NCBI RefSeq assembly: GCF_000012545.1
Contig: NC_007681.1
Span: 960,001-992,000, forward strand
Direction of reading: 5' to 3'
Length of the DNA stretch: 32,000 nt
DNA from: Methanosphaera stadtmanae DSM 3091
GTDB taxonomy: Archaea; Methanobacteriota; Methanobacteria; Methanobacteriales; Methanobacteriaceae
Part shown: one piece after another, positions 17,950 to 25,847 of the stretch
Layout of the letters: every line of letters begins with the position of its first letter
Numbering within the stretch: position 1 is the stretch's first letter
Position numbers and translations under genes: made by a program
Notes under the pieces: model-generated
Databases searched by the model: none
What the model saw: only the letters and a program-made list of their open reading frames with translations
What the model was told of the DNA's origin: nothing

Positions 17950-18270
17950 TTATTCTTCATCGTCATAATAGTATAATTCTTTCCATTGTGGATGTTTTTT
18001 TACAAACCATTCAGCAATTTCAATAGGTGTTTTCCAATATTCATAATCCATGTCTGCTCGTTTTACTTTATCTAATATTTTCATGTATGTTTTATGGTAT
18101 TCTCCTTCACTATAAAGTTCAGTTAGTTTATTTAGAAACTCATCTGTACTATCCAAAGATAAATTAAGTCCAATATATTCCTCTGGATGTGCTACCGCAT
18201 ATTCATATAGTTCATCTTCAATTTCATGAAGATACTTTTCATTAGGATAAGGCCATAAGTCTTTTACCAT
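17950..18270 (-). CDS. Uncharacterised small protein (106 aa), paralog B of the tandemly duplicated gene
   Basis: Intact ORF with SD AAGGTGA 6 nt before the ATG. Paralogous to 17307..17633. Confidence 0.7.
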   Translation of the reverse strand: MVKDLWPYPNEKYLHEIEDELYEYAVAHPEEYIGLNLSLDSTDEFLNKLTELYSEGEYHKTYMKILDKVKRADMDYEYWKTPIEIAEWFVKKHPQWKELYYYDDEE

Positions 18271-18373
18271 ATTTTATCACCTTAACTTAGTTTGTTATTA
18301 ACTATTATATCGTTTTATTTATATTAATTTTATTATTACTTCAGTATTCCTTTCGTTTCTCGTGTTTTCTACT

Positions 18374-18877
18374 TCAAAGTTTTGTCCTGCCATTATTTGT
18401 TACTGGATTTTCTGGTTTGAAAGGATCATCAGGTAATCCTGGAGGTAATTGTGGATATTTCTCTTTTGATGGTTTATCATGTGATTGAGTTGGATTATTA
18501 TTAGAGGAAGGTGTTGGATTTGGTAATTGTGGATTCTTTTCAGATGGAAGAGATGGAAATTGTTTATGTATTCTTTGTCTTATTCTATCATAGATTTGTT
18601 TATATTTTACACGTGCATCTTGTCTTGTTTCTTCTTCTTGATTATTTAGATTTATTGTAATGTCTATTGTGTGTTTTATGTTTTTGTTTCTGCGTATTTT
18701 ATCATATTTGTGTTCAATGTTATCATAGATTTTATTGTTAAGGTTATAGTCAAAGGTTGGACTTCTTCCATTATAGTATGATTGTATTGTTTCATTTCTG
18801 AATGTATGATGCAGAAGGTATAACTGCATGAATTTATTAAAAGTCTCATCATCTTCAAATACTTCAGGGTGAAACAT
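18374..18877 (-). CDS. Hypothetical protein (167 aa) with a Pro/Gln/Asn-rich low-complexity C-terminus
   Basis: ORF track. No SD before the ATG, and an in-frame stop lies 19 codons upstream. C-terminal tail: PSLPSEKNPQLPNPTPSSNNNPTQSHDKPSKEKYPQLPPGLPDDPFKPENP. Confidence 0.4.
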   Translation of the reverse strand: MFHPEVFEDDETFNKFMQLYLLHHTFRNETIQSYYNGRSPTFDYNLNNKIYDNIEHKYDKIRRNKNIKHTIDITINLNNQEEETRQDARVKYKQIYDRIRQRIHKQFPSLPSEKNPQLPNPTPSSNNNPTQSHDKPSKEKYPQLPPGLPDDPFKPENPVTNNGRTKL

Positions 18878-19225
18878 TAGATAATAATAAAGGTAATCTT
18901 TATTTAAAAGTAGTAAGTATTTAAGAAGAGGTCAATTGTATCTTTACATGTATATAGATACTTTATTATTTGAGTATAATCCATCAAGAAACTACATAAA
19001 GAATTCAAATAATTAAATACAAAGCAAAAACATAAACTTAATGCAACAAAACTATGGATAACATATGAAGATAAGTGGGTAAGAATAAGTCACAAAGAAT
19101 TAGATGGAGAAATAACATGAATAGGAAAGTTTTGTATAACTTAACTAACAAAAATATATAATTAACAAAGTATTAATAATTGTTACATACATTCTCCATA
19201 TAAAAAAAAAATTTATTTTAAATAG

Positions 19226-19630
19226 TTATATAAAGTTGTGTGTGAATTTTTTTATGTTTTCTATGTCATTGTTGTTTGGTCGTCCCGTGTTCATTCCAAC
19301 AAATTCTCCTGGACAATGAAATTCCTTAGAACTTATTGGTATATTATATAGTTGTGCCAATTCTTTTACTTGTTCATATGTTGATTCTATACTTCCTGCT
19401 GTGCTAAAGTTAACTATTAGTCCTATATTTACATTAATGTTGTTGAAAAACTTTGTAATTGCTGGATCTATACTGTTTCCATATATACTACTTCCTAAAA
19501 ATAGTATATCCACATCTTTCTCCAGTGGTTTATCTATTGTTTTTGCAGTTATATTCAGTTCTTCTGCTATTGCCTTTGCTAATTTTTGTGTGTGTCCTGA
19601 TTTTGTATAATATCTTATTTCTATATTCAT
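19226..19630 (-). CDS. Flavodoxin-family protein (short-chain)
   Basis: MNIEIRYYTKSGHTQKLAKAIAEEL is the typical flavodoxin N-terminal FMN phosphate-binding loop (T/S-x-T-G-x-T variant SGHT). Also DILFLGSSIYG. 134 aa. Confidence 0.7.
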   Translation of the reverse strand: MNIEIRYYTKSGHTQKLAKAIAEELNITAKTIDKPLEKDVDILFLGSSIYGNSIDPAITKFFNNINVNIGLIVNFSTAGSIESTYEQVKELAQLYNIPISSKEFHCPGEFVGMNTGRPNNNDIENIKKFTHNFI

Positions 19631-19814
19631 AGTAATATCTCATATTATTATATTTTTAAGTTTGTAAGTGTTGGAAATTAAATTTAAACTTAGTGATTGT
19701 ATTTATGTTTTTGTTTATTTATGAATTTTCATGTATGGTTTTATTATATTATAAATACAAATATAATAATACAATACTGATTTATGTATTAATATAATAA
19801 GGAGGATAATAGTT

Positions 19815-20345
19815 ATGAAAGTATTAGGAGTTGTAGGAAGTCCTAGAAAAGATGGTAATTGTGATGTTTTAGTAAAAGAATTTTTAGATGCTGCTGATGC
19901 AGATACAGAATATATCTTTTTAAATCATAAAAAGTTATTTGGATGTAATGCATGTATGGCTTGTGAAAATGGTGATTGTGTTATTGATGATGATGGTAAT
20001 GATATTATTAAATCATTGTTAGATGCTGATGTTTTAGTATTTGCAACACCTATATATTATGGTCAAATGTCTGCTCAGGCTAAAGCATTTGTTGATAGAT
20101 TCTACCAAATTTCTAGAAATGAAAATAAATCACTTGAAGGTAAAAAAGTTGTAACTATCTTTACACAAGCTCAACCTGAAAATGTATTTGGTGATTATAT
20201 TGATTCATTTAAAGTAATGCCTTTTGGATATATGGGTATGGAAGTTATTGGTAATGTTACTGCTATGGGTACTTCATCTAAAGGAGATAAAGAAGAATTA
20301 GCTAAATATATTGATGAAGTAAAAAGTATTGCTTCAAAATTATAA
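19815..20345 (+). CDS. isf: Iron-sulfur flavoprotein (Isf family, NADPH-dependent FMN reductase fold)
   Basis: MKVLGVVGSPRKDGN (FMN_red N-terminus) plus the compact Cys motif CNACMACENGDC, which is CX2CX2CX4C and characteristic of methanogen Isf 4Fe-4S sites. Strong SD AAGGAGGA upstream. Confidence 0.8.
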   Translation: MKVLGVVGSPRKDGNCDVLVKEFLDAADADTEYIFLNHKKLFGCNACMACENGDCVIDDDGNDIIKSLLDADVLVFATPIYYGQMSAQAKAFVDRFYQISRNENKSLEGKKVVTIFTQAQPENVFGDYIDSFKVMPFGYMGMEVIGNVTAMGTSSKGDKEELAKYIDEVKSIASKL

Positions 20346-20425
20346 TCTCTCTTCTCTTTTTTTATTTTTTTTTTATTTGTGTTATTTTATATTAAATATT
20401 TATGTTTGTTAGGAGGAAACTTTTT

Positions 20426-21157
20426 TTGATAGAGAAAATTAAATTTAAAATGTCTTGTGGTGAAATTTATGGTTTTTTATATCTTCCAGATAATATAACA
20501 TGTACATTTCCTATTGTTATTTTATCACATGGATTATCCTTAAATCATACATACATGAAACCTTATGCTGAAAAATTATTAAAATATAATATTGCAAGTT
20601 TTATATTTGACTTTAGAGGTGGAGGATATGGTTGTTTAAGTAGTGGTAAAATAAGTGACATGACTCTTAATAGTGAAGTTAGAGATTTAATGAGTGTAAT
20701 TGATTTTATAAAATCACTAAAATCTATTGATAATGATAGAATTTATCTTGCAGGACATAGTCAGGGTGGATTTGTAAGTAGTCTTGTTGGAGCAAAAAGA
20801 GTATCTGAAATTAGGGCATTGTTTTTATTTGCTCCAGCATATGTTATATGTGATGATGTTAGAGAGACTACTAAAAGAGAAAAAAATGTTTTAAATTTAA
20901 TGCCAGAACATACAAAGGACACCTATATTAAGTGTGCTAAAAATGTTAATTTATACAATGATATAACAGATTATAATAAATGTGTTTATATATTTCATGG
21001 AAAAATGGATTCTCGTGTACCTATATCATATGCATATGAGGCATGTAAAGCATATGATAATTGCAAGTTAATTGTATTTGATAATGAGGAACATAGATTT
21101 AGTGATAAAACAAAGGATGTTGTTGTAAAAAAGATGAGTGAAGTTATATTAAAATAA
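20426..21157 (+). CDS. Alpha/beta-fold hydrolase (serine hydrolase)
   Basis: Nucleophile elbow GHSQGG, plus a C-terminal D...H (DSRVP..., EEHRF). ORF track 20402..21157. SD AGGAGG (20411-20416) supports the in-frame TTG at 20426 as the start. Confidence 0.7.
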   Translation: MIEKIKFKMSCGEIYGFLYLPDNITCTFPIVILSHGLSLNHTYMKPYAEKLLKYNIASFIFDFRGGGYGCLSSGKISDMTLNSEVRDLMSVIDFIKSLKSIDNDRIYLAGHSQGGFVSSLVGAKRVSEIRALFLFAPAYVICDDVRETTKREKNVLNLMPEHTKDTYIKCAKNVNLYNDITDYNKCVYIFHGKMDSRVPISYAYEACKAYDNCKLIVFDNEEHRFSDKTKDVVVKKMSEVILK

Positions 21158-21271
21158 ACTCTATCTTTCTAAAGAATTATTAACTTATTATAAGAAATAT
21201 AATATGTAGAGGATAATATTTTCCATAATATTTATATTATTTATTATTAAGAAAGATATGGAGGTAAATAT

Positions 21272-22093
21272 ATGGTAAATCCTAATAAGAAAGTTAAAAG
21301 ACCAGATGGTTTAGGTAAAATATACAAATATAAAACTGATGAAAATGAAAATATACTTACACTACCTATAAGTGAATTATTAAAAGAAAATTACATCTAT
21401 ATCTATAGGGCAATAAATAAAGAAAATTTCTATATTGCACCAGATGATTCATGCTTCTTTTTTAAAGAAATTATATATGAAAATGAGGTTGTTGGATTTG
21501 CAACATACCGGCCAAGTAATATAAATGAAAGCTCACTTGTAATGCAGTATATTTATATTCTTCCAGATTATCGTGGAAAAGATTTACTTGTAGAAGAAAT
21601 TGATGAAGCTGCATCATTATTTGAGTCAAGTATATTAATTGAATATCCAAGTAGAGCTATTGTTGATGTACTTATTAAACATAAACTTGCAAGAGTATTT
21701 AATAATCGATTTGTTATATCAAGAATTCCATTTATTATTCCAATGGTTTCACTTAGTGATGCAAATAGTAAAGTTGTAAGAGAAGAATTTGATATGACAG
21801 ATAAAAAAGGTTATAGTAAATTATCATTAGTATATGACCTAGATTTATGTGCTGTTGTTGGACTAGCATCTAGTGATATTGAAAACATGTATACTGAAGA
21901 TGTTACTGAAGATGATGATTTAAATAATTATAATACAATGAGTCTACCTCTTAGAGTTGATAATGAAAAATTCAATTGTATAGAAAAACGAGAAAATGAA
22001 TCTATGATACAAGATGAAACCTACTTTAAAAAAGTACGTGAGATTATTGATAGTCAGGATGAAATTATTCAAAACTGGTTAACAATATTATAG
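21272..22093 (+). CDS. GNAT-fold (acetyltransferase-like) N-terminal domain protein with an acidic C-terminal extension
   Basis: VVGFATYRP...LVMQYIYILPDYRGKDLLVEEIDEA resembles GNAT beta4-alpha3 (motif A), but the canonical RGxGxG is RGKDLL here. SD GGAGGT lies 6 nt before the ATG. Confidence 0.45.
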   Translation: MVNPNKKVKRPDGLGKIYKYKTDENENILTLPISELLKENYIYIYRAINKENFYIAPDDSCFFFKEIIYENEVVGFATYRPSNINESSLVMQYIYILPDYRGKDLLVEEIDEAASLFESSILIEYPSRAIVDVLIKHKLARVFNNRFVISRIPFIIPMVSLSDANSKVVREEFDMTDKKGYSKLSLVYDLDLCAVVGLASSDIENMYTEDVTEDDDLNNYNTMSLPLRVDNEKFNCIEKRENESMIQDETYFKKVREIIDSQDEIIQNWLTIL

Positions 22094-22108
22094 ATTCTTC
22101 CACATCTA

Positions 22109-22148
22109 TTTTTTTTTAAAAAAAAGGAAACATATACACCTTCCTTTT
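22109..22148. terminator. T9 run plus a weak hairpin (AAAAGGAA-N11-TTCCTTTT) between convergent genes
   Basis: Read directly. T-run at 22109-22117, 16 nt after the stop at 22093. Inverted repeat 22122-22129 / 22141-22148. Confidence 0.35.
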
Positions 22149-22227
22149 AATAATTATAAAACATTATTATTAAAAAAACTATTTTTAATAAAATAATAAA
22201 AAGAGTATATTTTTGAGTAAAAAGAAA

Positions 22228-22836
22228 TTATTTATGATTTAAATCATTAAAAAATAAAACATCATCACAAACACAATCAAGCAACTCTATATCATGACTT
22301 ACAACTAACAAGCCAATACGACGTTTTCTACACTCCTTAATTAAATAATGCCAAATTTGTACCTGTGTAACACTATCTAGCATTGTTGAAATCTCATCAG
22401 CTATAATAAATTTAGTTTTAGGATTCAAAGCTCTAATAATAGAAAAACGTTGTAATTCGCCACCAGATAACTCATTAGGCCAACGTCTCATCCAATTTTC
22501 TTTTAAACCAAAATTATCTTTTAATTCTTTTGAAGGATTCCATGATTCCTTTAAAATATCATTCATATACCATCTAGGATTCATAGTCTTTTCAGGATGT
22601 TGAAATATTAATTGAACAGGATAAACACCCTTATCTTCAATTGTTTTATCATCTATTGTAACATTACCTTCATAACTACTAATATAACCTGATATAATTT
22701 TACATAATGTTGTCTTTCCACAACCACTATCCCCAAACAATCCTATTATCTTATTTTCAGGTAAAGATAAAGAAATATTATTAAGAATATTTCTATTATT
22801 ATAACCAAAGGTAATATTTTCAGCTTTAAGAATCAT
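22228..22836 (-). CDS. ABC transporter ATP-binding protein (second ATPase of the Opp/Dpp/Nik-type importer, short form)
   Basis: Walker A GDSGCGKTT, signature LSGGELQR, Walker B FIIADEISTMLD, H-loop VVSHD. 202 aa, lacking the C-terminal oligopeptide-transporter extension. Confidence 0.85.
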   Translation of the reverse strand: MILKAENITFGYNNRNILNNISLSLPENKIIGLFGDSGCGKTTLCKIISGYISSYEGNVTIDDKTIEDKGVYPVQLIFQHPEKTMNPRWYMNDILKESWNPSKELKDNFGLKENWMRRWPNELSGGELQRFSIIRALNPKTKFIIADEISTMLDSVTQVQIWHYLIKECRKRRIGLLVVSHDIELLDCVCDDVLFFNDLNHK

Positions 22837-22839
22837 ATA

Positions 22840-23790
22840 TTAAACCTCCCTATTATATAAATGACATCTAATCTTAGCATTATTGTACTTAATTAATATA
22901 GGCTTTATATTTTTACAAATATTCATCTTACATGGACAATTCTCATAATAAACACAACCTTTAACATCTTCTAAAGGTTGTATGCCTTTAGTTAATATGA
23001 AACCATTTCTAGGAAGAGCCTTAATTAAAGATTTAGTATAAGGATGTAACAAAGTAGATGGAGAAAGAAAATTCTTTGTATCATTAATTTCAATAACATA
23101 ACCTGAATAAAATATTGCTATTCTATCAGCTGTTTTTAAGGCAACATCAATTTCATGAGTAATTAACAATACACCCTTATTATCTTCTTTCATCTTTCTA
23201 ATATTTTCTATAGTTTCTTCAACATCCTTTGTATCTAATCCAGGAGTAGGTTCATCAGCAACAATTAAATCAGGATTAGATAATAATGCTGTGGATAATA
23301 ATACTTTACGCACCATACCACCAGATAATTGAAAAGGATACATTGAATCTACAGACTTATCTAAACCATATTTTTCAAATATTTTCCTTTGATTAATTCT
23401 TTTTCTTTTTTCATCTTCTTTATCTTTAACCTCACCTATTACTTGATTAGATATTTTCATTAAAGGATCTAGAAAATTAACTGATTGAGGTATAAGACAA
23501 ATTTCATCACCTCTTAGTTTTTCTTTATCTTTTTGTTCTATGATATTTCCTTTATATTTTATAACTCCTTCACATATAGCATTTTCAGGCAATATTCCAA
23601 GAATTGCATGGGCTAGTAAACTTTTTCCAGAACCACTTGAACCTAGAATTGCAACTATTTCTCCACTATTTACAGATAATGATAAATCATTTATAGTTTT
23701 TATAGTACTCTTTCTTAATCCTTGAATATAACGTGAAAAAGAAATTGATAAATTTGAAACTTTTAATAATTCACTCAATATTATCACCAC
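22840..23790 (-). CDS. ABC transporter ATP-binding protein (first ATPase, OppD/DppD/NikD-like) with a Cys-rich C-terminal extension
   Basis: Walker A GSSGSGKS, signature LSGGMVRK, Walker B LIVADEPTPGLD, H-loop ITHE. C-terminal GCVYYENCPCKMNICKN...IRCHLY. SD GGTGAT favours TTG 23778 as the true start (LSELLKVSNLSISF). Confidence 0.85.
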   Translation of the reverse strand: MVIILSELLKVSNLSISFSRYIQGLRKSTIKTINDLSLSVNSGEIVAILGSSGSGKSLLAHAILGILPENAICEGVIKYKGNIIEQKDKEKLRGDEICLIPQSVNFLDPLMKISNQVIGEVKDKEDEKRKRINQRKIFEKYGLDKSVDSMYPFQLSGGMVRKVLLSTALLSNPDLIVADEPTPGLDTKDVEETIENIRKMKEDNKGVLLITHEIDVALKTADRIAIFYSGYVIEINDTKNFLSPSTLLHPYTKSLIKALPRNGFILTKGIQPLEDVKGCVYYENCPCKMNICKNIKPILIKYNNAKIRCHLYNREV

Positions 23791-23793
23791 TTC

Positions 23794-24651
23794 TTAAGTA
23801 TTTGCCTTTGTAGGATCTAATAATTTTGATATTTCTTCACCTATCAAATCAAATAATAATACTATTATAAGTAAACATAACCCTGGGAAGAATGCTAACC
23901 ACCATGCACCAGTTACTAAGTATTTCATTGATTCTGAAAGTATAATTCCAATTGCTGGTTCATGTGCTGATAAACCAAAACCTAAAAATGTTATACTTGC
24001 CTCATGCATAATTGCATGTGGAAATATTAATAATGTTCCTACAATAATCTGAGAAAATACTAAAGGTAAAATATGATATCTTGCTATAAAATACTTATTT
24101 CTACCATACTTATATGATAATTTAACATATTCAGTATTTTGTATTTCTTTTATTTCTACTCTTAATACTCTAGCTAAACTAATCCAATGAGTAACTGCTA
24201 CACCTATTATAACACCATAAGCACCTTTACCCAGACATATTGAAATCATAATTAACAATAATAAATGAGGTATTGATGCAAATAAATCAATAATCCATGA
24301 AACTAGAATATCACAGTATTTATTAATACTTGAAATAAATGATATGAATATTGCAATAATACTAGATAATATAGAAGATATGGTTCCAATATATAAACTT
24401 AATCCTAAACCTTTCATTGTTCTATTAAACATATCTCTACCTAACCAGTCAGTTCCAAAAATATGTTCTAATGATGGTGCTTGTTGTCGTACTAAAAAGT
24501 TAGTTGTTATATCATTAGATTTTATCATATAGCTACTTAAAGCTATAACTAATAGTAAAAATGCTGTTAATACAATTATTAATATAGTTTTTTGTCTTAA
24601 ATTAAATGATTTAAAAATATCATATTTATTCCAATTAATCATTATTATCAT
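23794..24651 (-). CDS. ABC transporter permease (OppC/DppC/NikC-like)
   Basis: Six hydrophobic helices. N-terminal HIFGTDWLGRDMFNR is the typical DppC/OppC motif. The start overlaps the upstream permease stop by 17 nt. Confidence 0.85.
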   Translation of the reverse strand: MIIMINWNKYDIFKSFNLRQKTILIIVLTAFLLLVIALSSYMIKSNDITTNFLVRQQAPSLEHIFGTDWLGRDMFNRTMKGLGLSLYIGTISSILSSIIAIFISFISSINKYCDILVSWIIDLFASIPHLLLLIMISICLGKGAYGVIIGVAVTHWISLARVLRVEIKEIQNTEYVKLSYKYGRNKYFIARYHILPLVFSQIIVGTLLIFPHAIMHEASITFLGFGLSAHEPAIGIILSESMKYLVTGAWWLAFFPGLCLLIIVLLFDLIGEEISKLLDPTKANT

Positions 24652-25714
24652 CTCTCATACGGACATCCACATATTTATAGGATATATCTGCAAGCATATT
24701 ACCTACAAATACAAATATTGTACTTATTAAAACAATTCCTAATAATAAAGACACATCTGATTTAAGACCTGCAGCAACAGTTGCCTGTCCTATACCTGGA
24801 TATGAAAATACTTGTTCTATTAAAATTGTTCCACCAAATAATTCATTAAATGAGAGAAATTGTAAAGTTAATGCAGGTAATAATACATTTCTTATTCCAT
24901 GTTTCAGAATAATATATCTTCGACTCTCTCCTCTGGCTTTTGCAAAAAGAAAATAATCACTATTTTCTATATTAATTATTCTATCCCTAGTATATAATGC
25001 AATAGATGCAATACCAATTATACTTAAAGTTATAGTAGGTAATATAAGTCTATATAACCATTCCCATATTGTTACTTCATTAGCTATTACACCTACAGGT
25101 ACAGCTAAACCAAAAGGAAACAATTTAAGATAAACTGAAAAGATAATCATTAAAATTAATGCTATCCAGAAACTAGGTGATGATTGTAAAATATAACAAT
25201 ATGTTTTAATAAGTTTATCAGTTAAACTGCCTCTTTTAGCACCAGCAATAATTCCTAATATAAAACCTACAATACCTGATATTAACCAGGAAACTGTCAT
25301 TAATATCAGTGATGCTGTGAATTTTTCTCTTATAACATCAATTACGGGACGTCTATAAATTAATGATATACCTAAATCAAATTGAAGCAAACTAGTAATC
25401 CAATTAATAATTCTCTCATTTAATGTCAAATTAACTCCCCAATATCTTTGTAAGATAATCATTTTTTCAGGAGAAACTGCAATTCCCTCCAAATAAGATG
25501 ATACTGGATCAATTGGAGAAAAATGGATCATAAGAAAACTAATAAGGGCAATTACAATAAGAAGAATTGTGAGTCGTAACATTTTAAAAGTAAAAAAATG
25601 AATTAATTTATAATTTTTAATAAGATCACCTTCTTTTATGAATTTTATATTTTCATGTTTTATGGACTTTAATGAAAAAAATTTTTCAAAAGAAGTATTA
25701 TTTTTTCTCATCAA
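24635..25714 (-). CDS. ABC transporter permease (OppB/DppB/NikB-like)
   Basis: Polytopic, with the family-typical PIDP motif after TM1 (FLMIHFSPIDPVSSYL) and an EAA-like loop (SDYFLFAKARGESRRYIILKHGIRNVLLP). The track N-terminus (TTG 25714 / ATG 25711) adds about 40 unusual residues, so the true start is uncertain. Confidence 0.8.
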   Translation of the reverse strand: MMRKNNTSFEKFFSLKSIKHENIKFIKEGDLIKNYKLIHFFTFKMLRLTILLIVIALISFLMIHFSPIDPVSSYLEGIAVSPEKMIILQRYWGVNLTLNERIINWITSLLQFDLGISLIYRRPVIDVIREKFTASLILMTVSWLISGIVGFILGIIAGAKRGSLTDKLIKTYCYILQSSPSFWIALILMIIFSVYLKLFPFGLAVPVGVIANEVTIWEWLYRLILPTITLSIIGIASIALYTRDRIINIENSDYFLFAKARGESRRYIILKHGIRNVLLPALTLQFLSFNELFGGTILIEQVFSYPGIGQATVAAGLKSDVSLLLGIVLISTIFVFVGNMLADISYKYVDVRMRDDNND

Positions 25715-25847
25715 AATATGTATTTGAATTCCAGAAAAAAATTTGAAAAAAATTATTTCTCATATTCGTCACATCCTTTTTTTTATTTAAAAAAAAATAT
25801 TGTTTATTCAATATAACTATTGAATAAAATTCTCACTTTTTTCTAAA

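Larger units (their letters stand above)
17307..18329 (-). repeat. Diverged tandem segmental duplication: unit A 17307-17693 and unit B 17950-18329. Each unit is the small gene plus about 60 nt of leader.
   Basis: DNA similarity extends upstream of both ATGs (ccatattttatcac...tttgttattaa.tattatatcgttt.atattaatt). In unit A this leader overlaps the last 10 codons of the Panacea-like ORF. In unit B the same stretch is degenerate and non-coding. Confidence 0.65.

Noticed and set aside
18676-18858. 60-aa same-strand ORF overlapping 18374..18877 in another frame
   Set aside because: It is fully nested in the longer ORF, with no independent SD and no motif. The host ORF is itself of modest confidence.
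19401-19610. Plus-strand 69-aa ORF inside the flavodoxin gene
   Set aside because: It is antisense to a gene with a clear flavodoxin signature.
19631-19814. AT-rich near-palindromes (for example attatattataaatacaaatataataat) in the flavodoxin/isf divergent promoter
   Set aside because: The symmetry is imperfect and within what is expected by chance in nearly pure A/T sequence. It is probably just TATA/BRE-like promoter DNA.
23540-24532. Plus-strand ORFs 23540..23725 and 24344..24532 inside the ABC ATPase and permease genes
   Set aside because: They are antisense to well-supported transporter genes.
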